NCBI GenBank assembly: GCA_965112735.1
Contig: OZ218964.1
Location: 620,001-684,000, forward strand
From: Phaeosaccion multiseriatum
Lineage: Eukaryota; Protista; Ochrophyta, other classes
Direction of reading: 5' to 3'
Length of the DNA: 64,000 nt
In this document: piece after piece, positions 39,692 to 50,428 of the stretch
Layout of the letters: each line of letters begins with the position of its first letter
Position numbering within the stretch: position 1 is the first letter of the stretch
Notes under the pieces: model-generated
Database searches by the model: none
Told to the model about the DNA's origin: nothing
The model's input: the letters and a program-made list of their open reading frames with translations, nothing else
Position numbers and translations under genes: made by a program

Positions 39692-42648
39692 GTCTGTGTG
39701 TGCGTGCGCGTGTGTGCTTAAGGTCCGATGGCGGCGCCAAGGGGTGCTCGAACATGTCGCCCTTCTCTCTTTACCACAGGGCAGAGACACGTGATACTCA
39801 CACACCTCCTCATCCATTCACACGCAATACTCTTATGCAATTCATACTCCAATAACATTCCCCCCATCCATTCACCCATCCCTTCCCCTCCCCTCCCCCT
39901 ATGCCCTGCCCACCCCCCCCCCCCCTCCGTAGGCCGATGGGCAAGTGAGCAGCTGCGAGAACGGCGGGATCTGCGCGGGCAAGGATGACTGCCGCTGCAT
40001 CACCTCAGAGAGCGTGCTCTACAAGGCAAGTGAGCACGCTTGGGCATCCTTTTCGTCTAACAACCCCCTCAACTCTCCTCTTCCCCTTTCAATATATACT
40101 GCCCTCGCCTCTTCCCTTCCCTTCGAGGTCCTCTCTTCATTGCCCTGCCCCCCTCCCCGCCCTCCTCCCCGCCCTTGTCACGTCACCCCATACGCCTCTT
40201 TCTCCACCCCCAAGCCCTCCCTCCCTCCCTCCCTCCTTCCCTCGATCCCTCCCTCCCTCCCTGCCTCCCTCCCTCCCTCCCTCCCTCCCTCCCTCCCTCC
40301 CTGCCTCCCTCCCTCCCTCCCTCCCTCCCTCCCTCCCTCCCTCCCTCGATCCCTCCCTCCCTCCCTGCCTCCCTCCCTCCCTCCCTCCCTCCCTCCCTCC
40401 CTCCCTCCCTCCCTCCCTCCCTCCCTCCCTCCCTCCCTCCCTCCCTCCCTCCCTCCCTCCCTCCCTCCCTCCCTCCCTCCCTCCCTCCCTCCCTCCCTCC
40501 CTCCCTCCCTCCCTCCCTCCCTCCCTCCCTCCCTCCCTCCCTCCCTCCCTCCCTCCCTCCTTCCCTCCCTTCCTCCCTCCCTCCCTCCCTCCCTCCCTCC
40601 CTCCCTCCTTCTCTCGATCCCTCCCTCCCTCCCTCCCTCCCTCCTTCTCTCGATCCCTCCCTCCCTCCCTCCCTCCCTCCCTCCCTCCCTCCCTCCCTCC
40701 CTCCCTCCCTCCCTCCCTCCCTCCCTCCCTCCTTCTCTCGATCCCTCCCTCCCTCCCTCACTCACTCACTCACTCACCCACTCACTCTGTCCCTCCCCCT
40801 TCCCTCCCTCCCTCTCTTCCCGCCCCCTCCCCCAAACACACACACATGCGCTCATCCGCCCACCCACTCACCCACACCTGCACACACACACACTCCCTCT
40901 CTCTTCCACTCACACACCCACCCACACCCACACACACACTCTCTCTCTGGCTCCCTTCCACTCACACACATACACACACCCACGCACACTCCCTCTCTCT
41001 GCCTCTCTTCCACTCACCCACCCACCCACACCCACACCCACACACACTCTCTCTGTCTCCCTTCCACTCACACACATACACACACCCACACACACTCCCT
41101 CTCTCTGTCTCCCTTCCACTCACACACATACACACACCCACACACACTCAATTACGTATGGTTAGGTGTACGAGGAGGCAAACAGAGGGACCACAGGGTG
41201 GACGGGCGCTGACTGCAGCTTGCCCATGTGCATACAAGGCTACTTCGATCCCTTCTGCACGGACCTCGATCAAGTGCCCGGGGGGGAGGGCTGTTATCGC
41301 TGCGCCAATGGAGGCAACTGCACCGCACCTGACCACTGTGTTTGTGCAGACGGTTGGACGGTGAGTGAGAGAAGGAGGGAGGGAGGGAGGGAAGGAGGGA
41401 GGGAGGGAGGGAAGGAGGGAGGGAGGGAGGGAGGGAGGGAGGGAGGGAGGGAGGGAGGGAGGGAGGGAGGGAGGGAGGGAGGGAGGGACGGGGGGAGGGA
41501 GGGAGGGACGGACGGAGGGACGGAGGGAGATGGCAGTGGAGTGGATGGTGAGGGAGGACAGGGAGGAGTGAGAAGGACACGAGGGGCAGAGGGTTATCTT
41601 GTCGCCTTCTTGCTTGCTCACGTACGCACGCACATTCACGCCCCCTCCCTCCTCCCTGCCCCCCCCCCTTCCCCTCCCCAGGGCTATGACTGCCGCACCC
41701 CTGTGTGCGAAGTGGTGGCCGATTTCCTCACTCGCGAGAACCTTCAGACTGTTGACGAGGAGATGGTCGTGGCCTTCGAGACTGACCCCTGCGGCCTGCA
41801 GCACCAGTATGACCCGGTGAGTGAGCCCTGTCCTGACACCCTCTCTGTCTGTCCTGACACCCTCTCTCTCTGTCCTGACACCCTCTCTCTCTGTCCTGAC
41901 ACCCTCTCTCTCTGTCCTGACACCCTCTCTCTCTGTCCTGACACCCTCTCTGTCTGTCCTGACACCCTCTCTCTCTCTGTCCTGACACCCTCTCTCTCTG
42001 TCCTGACACCCTCTCTCTCTGTCCTGACACCCTCTCTCTCTGTCCTGACACCCTCTCTCTCTGTCCTGACACCCTCTCTCTCTGTCCTGACACCCTCTCT
42101 CTCTGTCCTGACACCCTCTCTCTCTGTCCTGACGCCCTCTCCCTCCCCCCCCCAAAGGTTGAGTGGCGAGGCGCGTCCTACTCCCGCGGCAACTGCACCT
42201 TGCCCAACGAGTGCACGTGCATGTGCTTCGCGGCTTATAGCGCAATCGAGTGCTTCTCCGAGGACATCAACTGCGAGGTGGGTGCCAGGACTCTCTCTCT
42301 CTCTATCCCTGTCTCTGTGTGTGTGTCCTGAAACCCTCCGTCCTGACACCCTCTGTCCTGACACCCTCCGTCCTGACACCCTCTGTCCTGACACCCTCTG
42401 TGCTGACACCCTCTGTCCTGACACCCTCTGTCCTGACACCCTCTGTCCTGACACCCTCTGTCCTGACACCCTCTGTCCTGACACCCTCCGTCCTGACACC
42501 CTCTGTCCTGACACCCTCTGTGCTGACACCCTCTGTGCTGACACCCTCTGTCCTGACACCCTCTGTCCTGACACCCTCTGTCCTGACACCCTATCCCGAC
42601 ACGCTCTCTCTACCTGACTCTCTCCATCTCTCTCTCTCTCTCTGTCTG

Positions 42649-42725
<77 letters not shown>

Positions 42726-43661
42726 TGCTCGATCACCACAGGGGGCGTGGCAGGACCCGCTCGTCAAGTACAGGAACGTTCTTGAAGCTGGAGACATCTT
42801 TGGCACCAGAAGTGAGTTTCAGTTTCCAAAAATACCTCTGCTTCTTGTGTCATTCATTAACTTACTCGTGTCTGCTGCTACGGTGTCATGTACGTGTGCG
42901 TGTGCGTGTGCCCGGTTATTGTGCCGCCTCCAAAGGCTGCTACAACGGCTACGAGGGACTGATGGATGAAGGCGATCACTTTACCTCGTGCCATTTGGAG
43001 ATCAAAGTGCCCAGCTTCATTCAGTACCGCAGGTGAGTGAGTGAGTGAGTGAGTGAGTCTACCAACCAACCAGCCTCGCTGCCCACTTGAATGAACCACT
43101 CACCCCTCCCACCCCCGCTACCCAACCCCCCTCACTCCCTCACTCCCTCACTCCCTCACTCACATCTGTCCCTCCAGCGTGGAGCTCATCGTGGGTTTCA
43201 CCATCGGGGGCTTCTTTGCCTCGCTCTTCTTCTTCTGCGTTAGGAGGAGGATTAGGAGGAAGGCCAGACTGGTGCGTGCGTGCGTGCGTGCGTACGTGCA
43301 TGCGTGTTGTCTCTGAAGCTGTCCATTGACGGCCTTCCACCGTATAGTACCTCTCAGCGACAGGGGAGAGTGCTCAGTGCCAGTGGGATGTCCCCCCTCT
43401 TGCCATCCCGTGTGGATGTGCTGCTTCCCATCCTCTCATCCTCTCATCCTCTCATCCTCACCCCCCCTTCCTATCTCTCCTTCTGCTCCCCTCTTTGTAT
43501 GCTTACTGTCGCCTCGTCCCCCCCTCCCCTCCCTCCGTTCCACTCCCTGCCCATACACCTTCTCCCAGGCCAAGATGGAGCGTCGTAAGAGCCGGCGGTC
43601 GTCGGAGATGTCTCAGCTCGATAGCACCAAACCCAACGCTTTCACCAACGCTACCAAGTAG
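20994..43661 (+). CDS. Giant type-I membrane protein (~2150 aa, 44 exons): signal peptide, NHL repeats, LCCL domain, many EGF-like repeats, TM, short basic tail
   Basis: All 43 introns join with consistent phases. NHL: [47 protein letters not shown]: [20 protein letters not shown]: [50 protein letters not shown] then RRRIRRK; stop at 43659-43661. Confidence 0.88.
23238..23550 (+). repeat. Intronic (CCCCATA)n heptamer array abutting the acceptor
   Basis: About 44 units with variants, ending at ccaag|GTC (23554). Confidence 0.95.
24369..24786. repeat. (CCTG)n and (CAGG)n inverted arrays flanking exon 24481-24628
   Basis: (CCTG)n at 24369-24463 upstream and (CAGG)n at 24643-24786 downstream are reverse complements. 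Confidence 0.95.
25702..26161 (+). repeat. (GTGA)n array starting exactly at the 5' splice site
   Basis: GAG|gtgagtgagtgag... for about 460 bp, with GGGT variants. Confidence 0.95.
26465..27060. repeat. (GGGA)n 5' and (CCCT)n 3' complementary arrays in one intron
   Basis: About 300 bp GGGA, about 100 bp spacer, about 190 bp CCCT before aacag|. Confidence 0.95.
29086..29735 (+). repeat. Intronic CTGACACCTCA/ACCTCAT-type array grading into (CA)n
   Basis: Direct reading; occupies nearly the whole intron 29077-29737. Confidence 0.9.
32066..32280 (+). repeat. (GGTAG)n array starting at the 5' splice site
   Basis: CGAG|gtaggggggtagggtaggg... Confidence 0.95.
36218..36722 (+). repeat. (GGTGTCA/GGTATCA)n heptamer array followed by (ACTCACCCCCAC)n in one intron
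   Basis: Heptamers at 36218-36545; 10-12-mers at 36590-36722. Confidence 0.95.
39274..39392 (+). repeat. ~36-bp intronic minisatellite GGAGGTGCCTGGTGTGGGATACTTTTATTGACTTA x3
   Basis: Three near-identical copies plus a partial fourth. Confidence 0.9.
41830..42592 (+). repeat. TCCTGACACCCTCT-core arrays filling two consecutive introns
   Basis: 21-bp units (CTGACACCCTCTCTCTCTGTC) at 41830-42135; 15-bp units (CTGACACCCTCTGTC) at 42325-42592. Confidence 0.95.
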
Positions 43662-44514
43662 AAAAGAAAGAAAAGAAAGAAAGAAATCTACCAACGCTAC
43701 CAAGTAGTCAAGTACAGCAAAAAGAATATTGAGTACCGGAGCTCACAACGTACACTGCTGTGTTGTTGTTCCTTCCAAGGAGCTAGTGAAGCATCACTCA
43801 ACTGCTGTACAGCTGTTGTGCACCTGTTGTTCTTTAGCGAGTCCATCATCAATATGAATCGAGAGCAATTGGGAGGAAGGAATGGAATGTAATGAATGTA
43901 ACGAATCATATGTCAAGTAAGAAACGTCACTATCTGTGCATGGGCTTCGCCTTGTTTGTAACAGAACAATCGCATATGTAAACGGGAGAGTGATAGAGCT
44001 ATAGGAGCGGTATCGGTCTACTCCTTACAGACTCGTGTGAAGTGACTATACTTTAAAGCGAAAGCCTTCCGCTATTTGCGCCTCGGAGGGAGAGGAGGGG
44101 AGGAAGTGGTGGTAGGAGATGATAGGTTCAGCGGCCGAGGGAGTGGAGATGGGGAGGGGTTGTGGAGCCATACCCTTGCCTGTCCAAAGGCTCTGCAGCA
44201 GTCAGAGGGGACGTGCCTGCCACAACCGCATTTGGGAGGAGGCACAGGCACTTCGCCTTCCCCCTCCTCGGGGAGGGATAGAGCTCTGCCGCTGCTGCTG
44301 CTGATGCTGCTGAGGCACGCACGCACACACGCCGACCTAGAGCCGATCGATCCCCTTGGACCCGATGAAACCCCCTTTCACAAGGTGGCTCAGGTGAGAG
44401 CCCGTTCAATCTCCTTGGGCCCAGATGCGGCCCAAGGGGAGTAAGCGATGCCTCAGTCTCATGTGTGATGGCGCTGCATGGGGTGGCGGAGTCCCAATAG
44501 AGTCCTGACCCCAG

Positions 44515-44555
<41 letters not shown>

Positions 44556-44674
44556 ACTACTGCTGCGCCTCCACTCTCTCCCGCTCTCTATCCGACACCG
44601 ACCGCAAACCGTAAACCGCAAGCTGCAAGCTGAAACTGCAAACTGGCGAACTGCACCGCCGCCGACTTATCCCC

Positions 44675-44998
44675 AGCCTTGTTCGCTCGCGCTATAAGAG
44701 AGTCAATCTTGCGCACAGCCAACGCGAGCATCGACGCCGCCACCCCACCCCCCGCAGTCGGGTTCTGCTGCTGCGCGTGTTGGGTCTCCGCCTGCGCAAA
44801 CTGTGCCTTCAGGTCTTGCTTCTTCTCGAAGAGCACACTGTGCCACCCTCTCGACCGCCTCGGTCACAAGCCCTACGTGGGACGTCAGGAAGGCTGTGCC
44901 CTGCTGCAGTCGCTCCGAGCGGAGACTCCGAGCTGTATCACCAACTGCAGCCGGATCACCCTCTACTGGAACTGCTTCTGGTCCTGGTGGTGCTGAAT
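44675..44998 (+). repeat. ~320-bp direct repeat, copy 1
   Basis: Highly similar to 47727-48049, with a few substitutions and indels. Confidence 0.9.
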
Positions 44999-45156
44999 CA
45001 CCCACTGCTCCGCTGGCCGCGGGTTGAAGGGACTCGGTCCCCTTCCCCCCCTCCGCCCTCCTCTGTCTCGCCTGTCGCTGGCTGCTCCTGCTGCTCTTCT
45101 TCGTCTCGTCCTCCCTCGGGACTAAGAGGAGCCTCTATCTCCATCGTCTCTCCCCC

Positions 45157-46412
45157 CTACGCGCGGCCACAGAGGCTGGCCTGAGTGTCACAGTCGGAGC
45201 CAGCAGGCAACTCCGATGCTTCGGAGCTTCGGGGGCAGCGGCAGGAGAGGGTCGACTCCAAAAGCTCAAGGAATCCAATGATCCACGAAGTTGTTGTAGC
45301 GCGCCGGACCCGACGCGAGCGCCTAGGCACCACGGCTCTTTCGGTCCTGTAGATGATGGTGAAGAGATCGTCGGACCAGCCCCTGCCAAAACGGGTCCCC
45401 AACAGCACTGGAGGTGCCTGAGCATGAGGCCATCTCCCCCCTGTCCCACGCGCGGGCATGTGCGTATTCCACCACAGACGCCTCTCCCGCCTTGCTGCTG
45501 CTGCTGCATCTTCCGCCGCCTCTGCTGCTGCTGCATCTTCCGCCGCCTCTGCGGCTGCCAAGGCCTGCACTTCCGCCACCCTGCGCAGGTTAGTCATGGC
45601 CACGTTTGGATGGGTCTCGCCGTACACCAGCTTCAGGATCGTGTAAGCTCTTGTGAAGCTCTCCATGGCCTCCTTCTTCTTGCCCTGCCTCCGCAGCACA
45701 ATCCCAATGTCGGTAAGGGTAAAAGCGACATGGCTGTGCTCCTCGCCATACGCGTCCTGCTGTATCCGCAGCGCTTTCGTCAAATGAGAGAACGCCTCCT
45801 CCAGCTTTCCCTCGTCGCATAGCACTCTCCCAATGTCTGTGAGTGCGCTAGCCACGAATGGATGATCCTCGCCGTACACATACGTATAAATCCCGAGGCA
45901 TTCGGTGAATTTTCTCTTGGCCTCATGCAGGTTACCTCCCCGCCCGCCCTCCCCATACAACACCATGCCCATGTTGGTTAAGGTCACCCCCTAAAAGCGA
46001 CATGGCTGTGCTCCTCGCCATACGCGTCCTGCTGTATCCGCAGCGCTTTCGTCAAATGAGAGAACGCCTCCTCCAGCTTTCCCTCGTCGCATAGCACTCT
46101 CCCAATGTCTGTGAGTGCGCTAGCCACGAATGGATGATCCTCGCCGTACACATACGTATAAATCCCGAGGCATTCGGTGAATTTTCTCTTGGCCTCATGC
46201 AGGTTACCTCCCCGCCCGCCCTCCCCATACAACACCATGCCCATGTTGGTTAAGGTCACCCCCTTATGCGCCAACGTACTACCAGAGTTGGGGGTTTCCT
46301 CACCGCGCTCCCTTTGCTGCTGCTGCTCGATATATGTGGTGTTTAACTCCTCCAAGTTCCCTTCCAAAGTTCGCCACACCTCCCAAATGGCCCTATCGTT
46401 TGCGTTGTCCAT
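45157..46412 (-). CDS. TPR-repeat (kinesin-light-chain/nephrocystin-3-like) protein, interrupted by a 272-bp tandem duplication; possibly a pseudogene or spliced
   Basis: 42-aa TPR pattern: YGEDHPFVASALTDIGRVLCDEGKLEEAFSHLTKALRIQQDAYGEEHSHVAFTLTDIG. ORFs 45984-46451 and 45157-45987 are in different frames. Confidence 0.65.
45720..46264. repeat. Tandem 272-bp duplication, apparently identical copies
   Basis: 45720-45991 matches 45992-46263 on manual comparison. Confidence 0.95.
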
Positions 46413-47726
46413 TTCAAGTCCTCTTCTTCTTCCTCCGCGTGCTAAGCTCACCGCTTGCGTAGGAAGCTTTGTTTTGGTGATCTCTGCTCCTTCTCTTCTT
46501 ACCGCTTGCTGGGGTGACTGGTTTGGTGGAGACTCACTTCACAACAGAACATGCGGTTTAGAACATGCGGCTTAGGTGAAAGTGAAACAGAGTTTGTGGT
46601 CGTGGTCTACCCTTTAGTCTCCTCCTCAGCCTGGACAGCTATACATAGCCTGAGCCTGGACAGCTATGGACATACATGGTAGGGCAAGGCTTGGCAAGTG
46701 CTCGCGTAAGCACTGATGGAGTGGAGGAGAGCTCAGGCGGTAAACATCCAACAGAAAAGGAAGTGAAACTGAAAACTTAAGTGAGAGTCTGCGGAGGTTT
46801 GGCCTGGCACCTCGTTTGGGCAGGCTCAAGTCGATCCAGCAAGCGATAAGAGCCTCGTTGGGCAGGGTCGAGTCGATGAAGTACAGTATGTACATACGAT
46901 TACGAAGCGATGCCTTACTGGTACGTAAGACGGAGGAGAACCCGAGAAAAAATGATGACGAGGTCGGCTTCCGCACGTAACAGTATCGACATCCATCCAG
47001 TGAAGGTCCACCTTCGAAAAACGAACATCGAGGCGAAAGTCGACCTCGAGACCTGTTTCCTCGTTGGAAGTCTAGGAAACACGTCACACACACACACTAC
47101 GTCAGGGGGGGGGGGTTGCTCGTTCTCTACAGCTCATCCGCCGGCTGTCCCTCCTGCCGTATCACCAACTGGCAGTGGCTTGGCGACGATCTCCTTGCGC
47201 TGCCCTCGCACCCCCTTGACCTGGTCACCAGAGAAGGGCAGGCCTAAGCGCTGCTCCCTCCAGCTCTGCCGCTCTTCCTCCTGCGCAAGCCTCTCCCTTG
47301 CTCGGCACAGCGTCCCCAGCTGCTGCTCCTTGCTGCCCCCCCCCCCGGTGGCTCCTGGCCCTGTCGTCGTGGTGAATTGGGCTCAGCACCCCAACCTTGC
47401 CGTGAGGACTTGTGGGCCCCAAGAGGCCCACCTTCAGGCCCTCCGCCTCCAGGCCGACGCACGGCTCCACGGGCAGACCAGCCGCAGCAGCCGTAGCCGT
47501 TGGTGATACAGCAGCAGCAGCAGCAGAAGGCGAAGTGTCCCCAAAGAACAGCCCCTGGTTGGAGTCCGCAAGCGAAGAGAGCACTGTTCTATCCAGGTGG
47601 AAGTCCTGGCCGCCATCCCCGTCTTCCCCTCCGGCCGCTGAGCGAGTTCAAGTGCATGCTGCTCTGCGCCCCCCCCACGCTGCCGCCGCTGGCCCGCGCT
47701 TCCTTCTCCTCTGCCCTCACCTGCTG

Positions 47727-48049
47727 AGCCCTGGTCGCTCGCGCTATGAGAGAGTCAATCTTGCGCACGGCCAACGCGAGCATCGACGCCGCCACCCCAC
47801 CCCCCGCAGTCGGGTTCTGCTGCTGCGCGTGTTGGGTCTCCGCCTGCGCAAACTGTGCCTTCAGGTCTTGCTTCTTCTTGAAGAGCACACTGTGCCACCC
47901 TCTCGACCGCCTCTGTCACAAGCCCTACGTGGAACGTCAGGAAGGCTGTGCCCTGCTGCAGTCGCTCCGAGTGGAGACTCCGAGCTGTATCACCAACTGC
48001 TGCCACCTCTACTGGAACTGCTTCTGGTCCGGGGGTGGTGGTGTTGAAT
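47727..48049 (+). repeat. ~320-bp direct repeat, copy 2
   Basis: Matches 44675-44998. Confidence 0.9.
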
Positions 48050-48333
48050 GCCGCCATTCTGCGTGTGCGTTTGTTCGATGCAACGAATGACTGAATTACT
48101 GAGGGCTGGCTTCTGGCCCTGTTCGTCCCCCTGTTGGTTGCTCTGTTGGTTCTCCACTCTTGTTGCCCATGGGTTGGCAGCACTGAGATGACCGCCCGGC
48201 AGATGGCAGCAGATGGCAGCACAGCACACGAAGCTCCTCCCTCCCAAGCCCTCCTTCTCTTCACACCAACGCCTTGCGCTTTGTCGTACATGGGAAGGAA
48301 ACCAAGACGAGAAAGCGCCTTTCTCCATCCCAT

Positions 48334-48496
48334 GGTGGTGGTGGTGGTGGTGCCCCCCCCGTAGACGGTGGCGTCGTCCAGAGAGCCGCCCTCCGCCTCG
48401 GGGTTTGGCAGCAGCAGCAGCATCAGCGCGCATTTGAGGAGTTGGCTTTGTGATGCAACTCTCTTTGTCGCTTACAAAAGCCAATCTTCAAGAGCG

Positions 48497-48540
<44 letters not shown>

Positions 48541-48608
48541 AACCTCGAGGCGGAGGGCGGCTCTGGACGACACCACCCTCTGCAGGGGGCACCACCACCA
48601 CCACCACC
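48334..48608. repeat. Long imperfect inverted repeat (fold-back, MITE- or hairpin-RNA-like)
   Basis: Left arm GGTGGTG..GTCGTCCAGAGAGCCGCCCTCCGCCTCGGGGTTTGGCAGCAG..GCGCG..TTGGCTTTGT matches the reverse complement of 48474-48608. Confidence 0.9.
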
Positions 48609-48838
48609 TGCCCACATCCTTGGTTAGAACCACCCCCCCCATGCCCTCATCCTACCCCATCCTATCCTGCCCTTGGGGATGCGGTGCGGGTGCGTTGTGG
48701 CGGGACTTGGGAGGAGGAAAGACAGAAAATTAAAGACAAGACAACGATTGTCTCTCGTCGTCTCTTTCCTCCCCCGCCCGGTTCCTCGTCAATCAAGGCC
48801 AAGGTCTGCTCATCTGAAGCTGCCCTATGCCAACGAAA

Positions 48839-49812
48839 TCAAGTCCTGCGCCTCTGAAGCTCCCCTTGCCCCCCCCCACCCACATGCGCGCCCCCCTCCG
48901 TCGCTGATCGCTTGGCGCCTTCTCCTCCTCCTCCTCCTCCTCCTCCTCCTCCTCCTCTCCCCCCTCCTCTGCTACTGCCGCTCGTGGCCTTGTCTCTGAT
49001 GCCCTTGGCCGTAACGTCAAACACGGCAGTGGCGCTCTGCTGATGCGGTGACTTGACGAGCTCACAGAGCCGATCCCGGCCCTGCCACCGCAGCACTACG
49101 CGATTCGTGGTGGAGTGCGACCAGGCCTCTCCTGCGATCAGGCATATGGGCAGAGAGAGGAAGGAACGGATGGGCAGAGAGGGGAAGGAGTGGATGGGCA
49201 GAGAGGGGAAAAGGGGAGCGGTCAGTTCGGCGCGAGGCATGTGGGTATATGGGGATTCTTTCCTTCTCTCGGCGCGAGGAAGCGTCCGACAAGTAGGAAA
49301 CCCTTCTCTCTCTCCTGTCTTACCAAGGGCAGGGACGAGCTTGACGTCAGGTGAGTCCATTTCGACCTTCGTCGTCATCTTTGTGCAGAGAGAGACGGAG
49401 AGAGAGAGCGAGGAACGAGAGTGGAGGAGGGGTTAGTAAATCATTCCTTGTTACGAATATTCATCCCATTTTCCGTTTCACTTGAACTAACATAGACAGT
49501 TCAGTCTGCACGCCCATGCCTCATGCCTCATTCACTCGCAGAGTTAGGCATGCGAACAACGATCCACACACCCCATACACCCCCACCCCTCCTCCCCCCT
49601 TCTCACATGGTTGATAACCACCACCGCCACGCCCCTGTCCTTGGCGAGGGCCTGAAGCTGCGCTGCCATGAGGCCGAGTTGTCTGTTGCGCACACCCACG
49701 TCGGAGTGCGAGTTGCGGAAGTGGAAGGCGATGCTGTCCACCACCACAAGGCGCACTCGGGGGTGGGACGACACGAATTCGTCCAAGTGCTGGATAGTCG
49801 CCAGCTGTATAA

Positions 49813-49845
<33 letters not shown>

Positions 49846-50397
49846 GGTGAGCATTGTGGAGGTGAAGGGGGTCGGCGTGCCTCGACGCCAAAAAACTGGG
49901 CCTGAAACTGCAACGTCTTCCTGCACCTCCTCCTCTTCCCTCGCCTCCTTCCTCTTTCACCCTTCATCTTTCATCCTCCACCCCCTCCCCCTCCCTCTCC
50001 TCCCTATCTTTCATCCTTCATTCTTCTGCTCACCTGCTGCGCGTGGTTATGCGCTCTGAAGTAAAAGACATTGCTAAGGATGGCCTCTCGAGTGGTCATG
50101 GCTGCGGCTGCCTTCTGCCTGCCCTGCCTGTCCGACCGAGCGATCTGCTCAATCACACACGCACACACACACAGAGGGAGAGGGAGAGAGATAAAGAGGG
50201 CAAGTGATCGTTGGGGAGAAGCGAACGAATCAACAGCACAGCCAGCAAACTAAGCAAGCAAGGTATCAGTCCCACCCACCTTGGCCAAGTGCTCCACTAC
50301 GGCGTCCGCCATGTGCTCAAGGCGGTTGACTGTGAAGCTCCCCTCCGTGTCCAGGTACACGGCCTGCCCCTCGGCCCCGCGGAACGCCTGGACATGA

Positions 50398-50428
<31 letters not shown>

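Noticed and set aside
22338-42969. Long low-complexity ORFs (PPSL, GGRE, THSL, YPIPHTP, VSGVRCQ, PDTLC repeats)
   Set aside because: They are translations of stop-free intronic microsatellites; the real exons splice around them.
46600-47700. Possible additional gene(s) between the TPR gene and RAD51C
   Set aside because: Only short or fragmentary frames with no recognisable motif or consistent splice model.
44675-48049. LTR retrotransposon
   Set aside because: No TG..CA termini, PBS/PPT, TSD or gag/pol coding seen.
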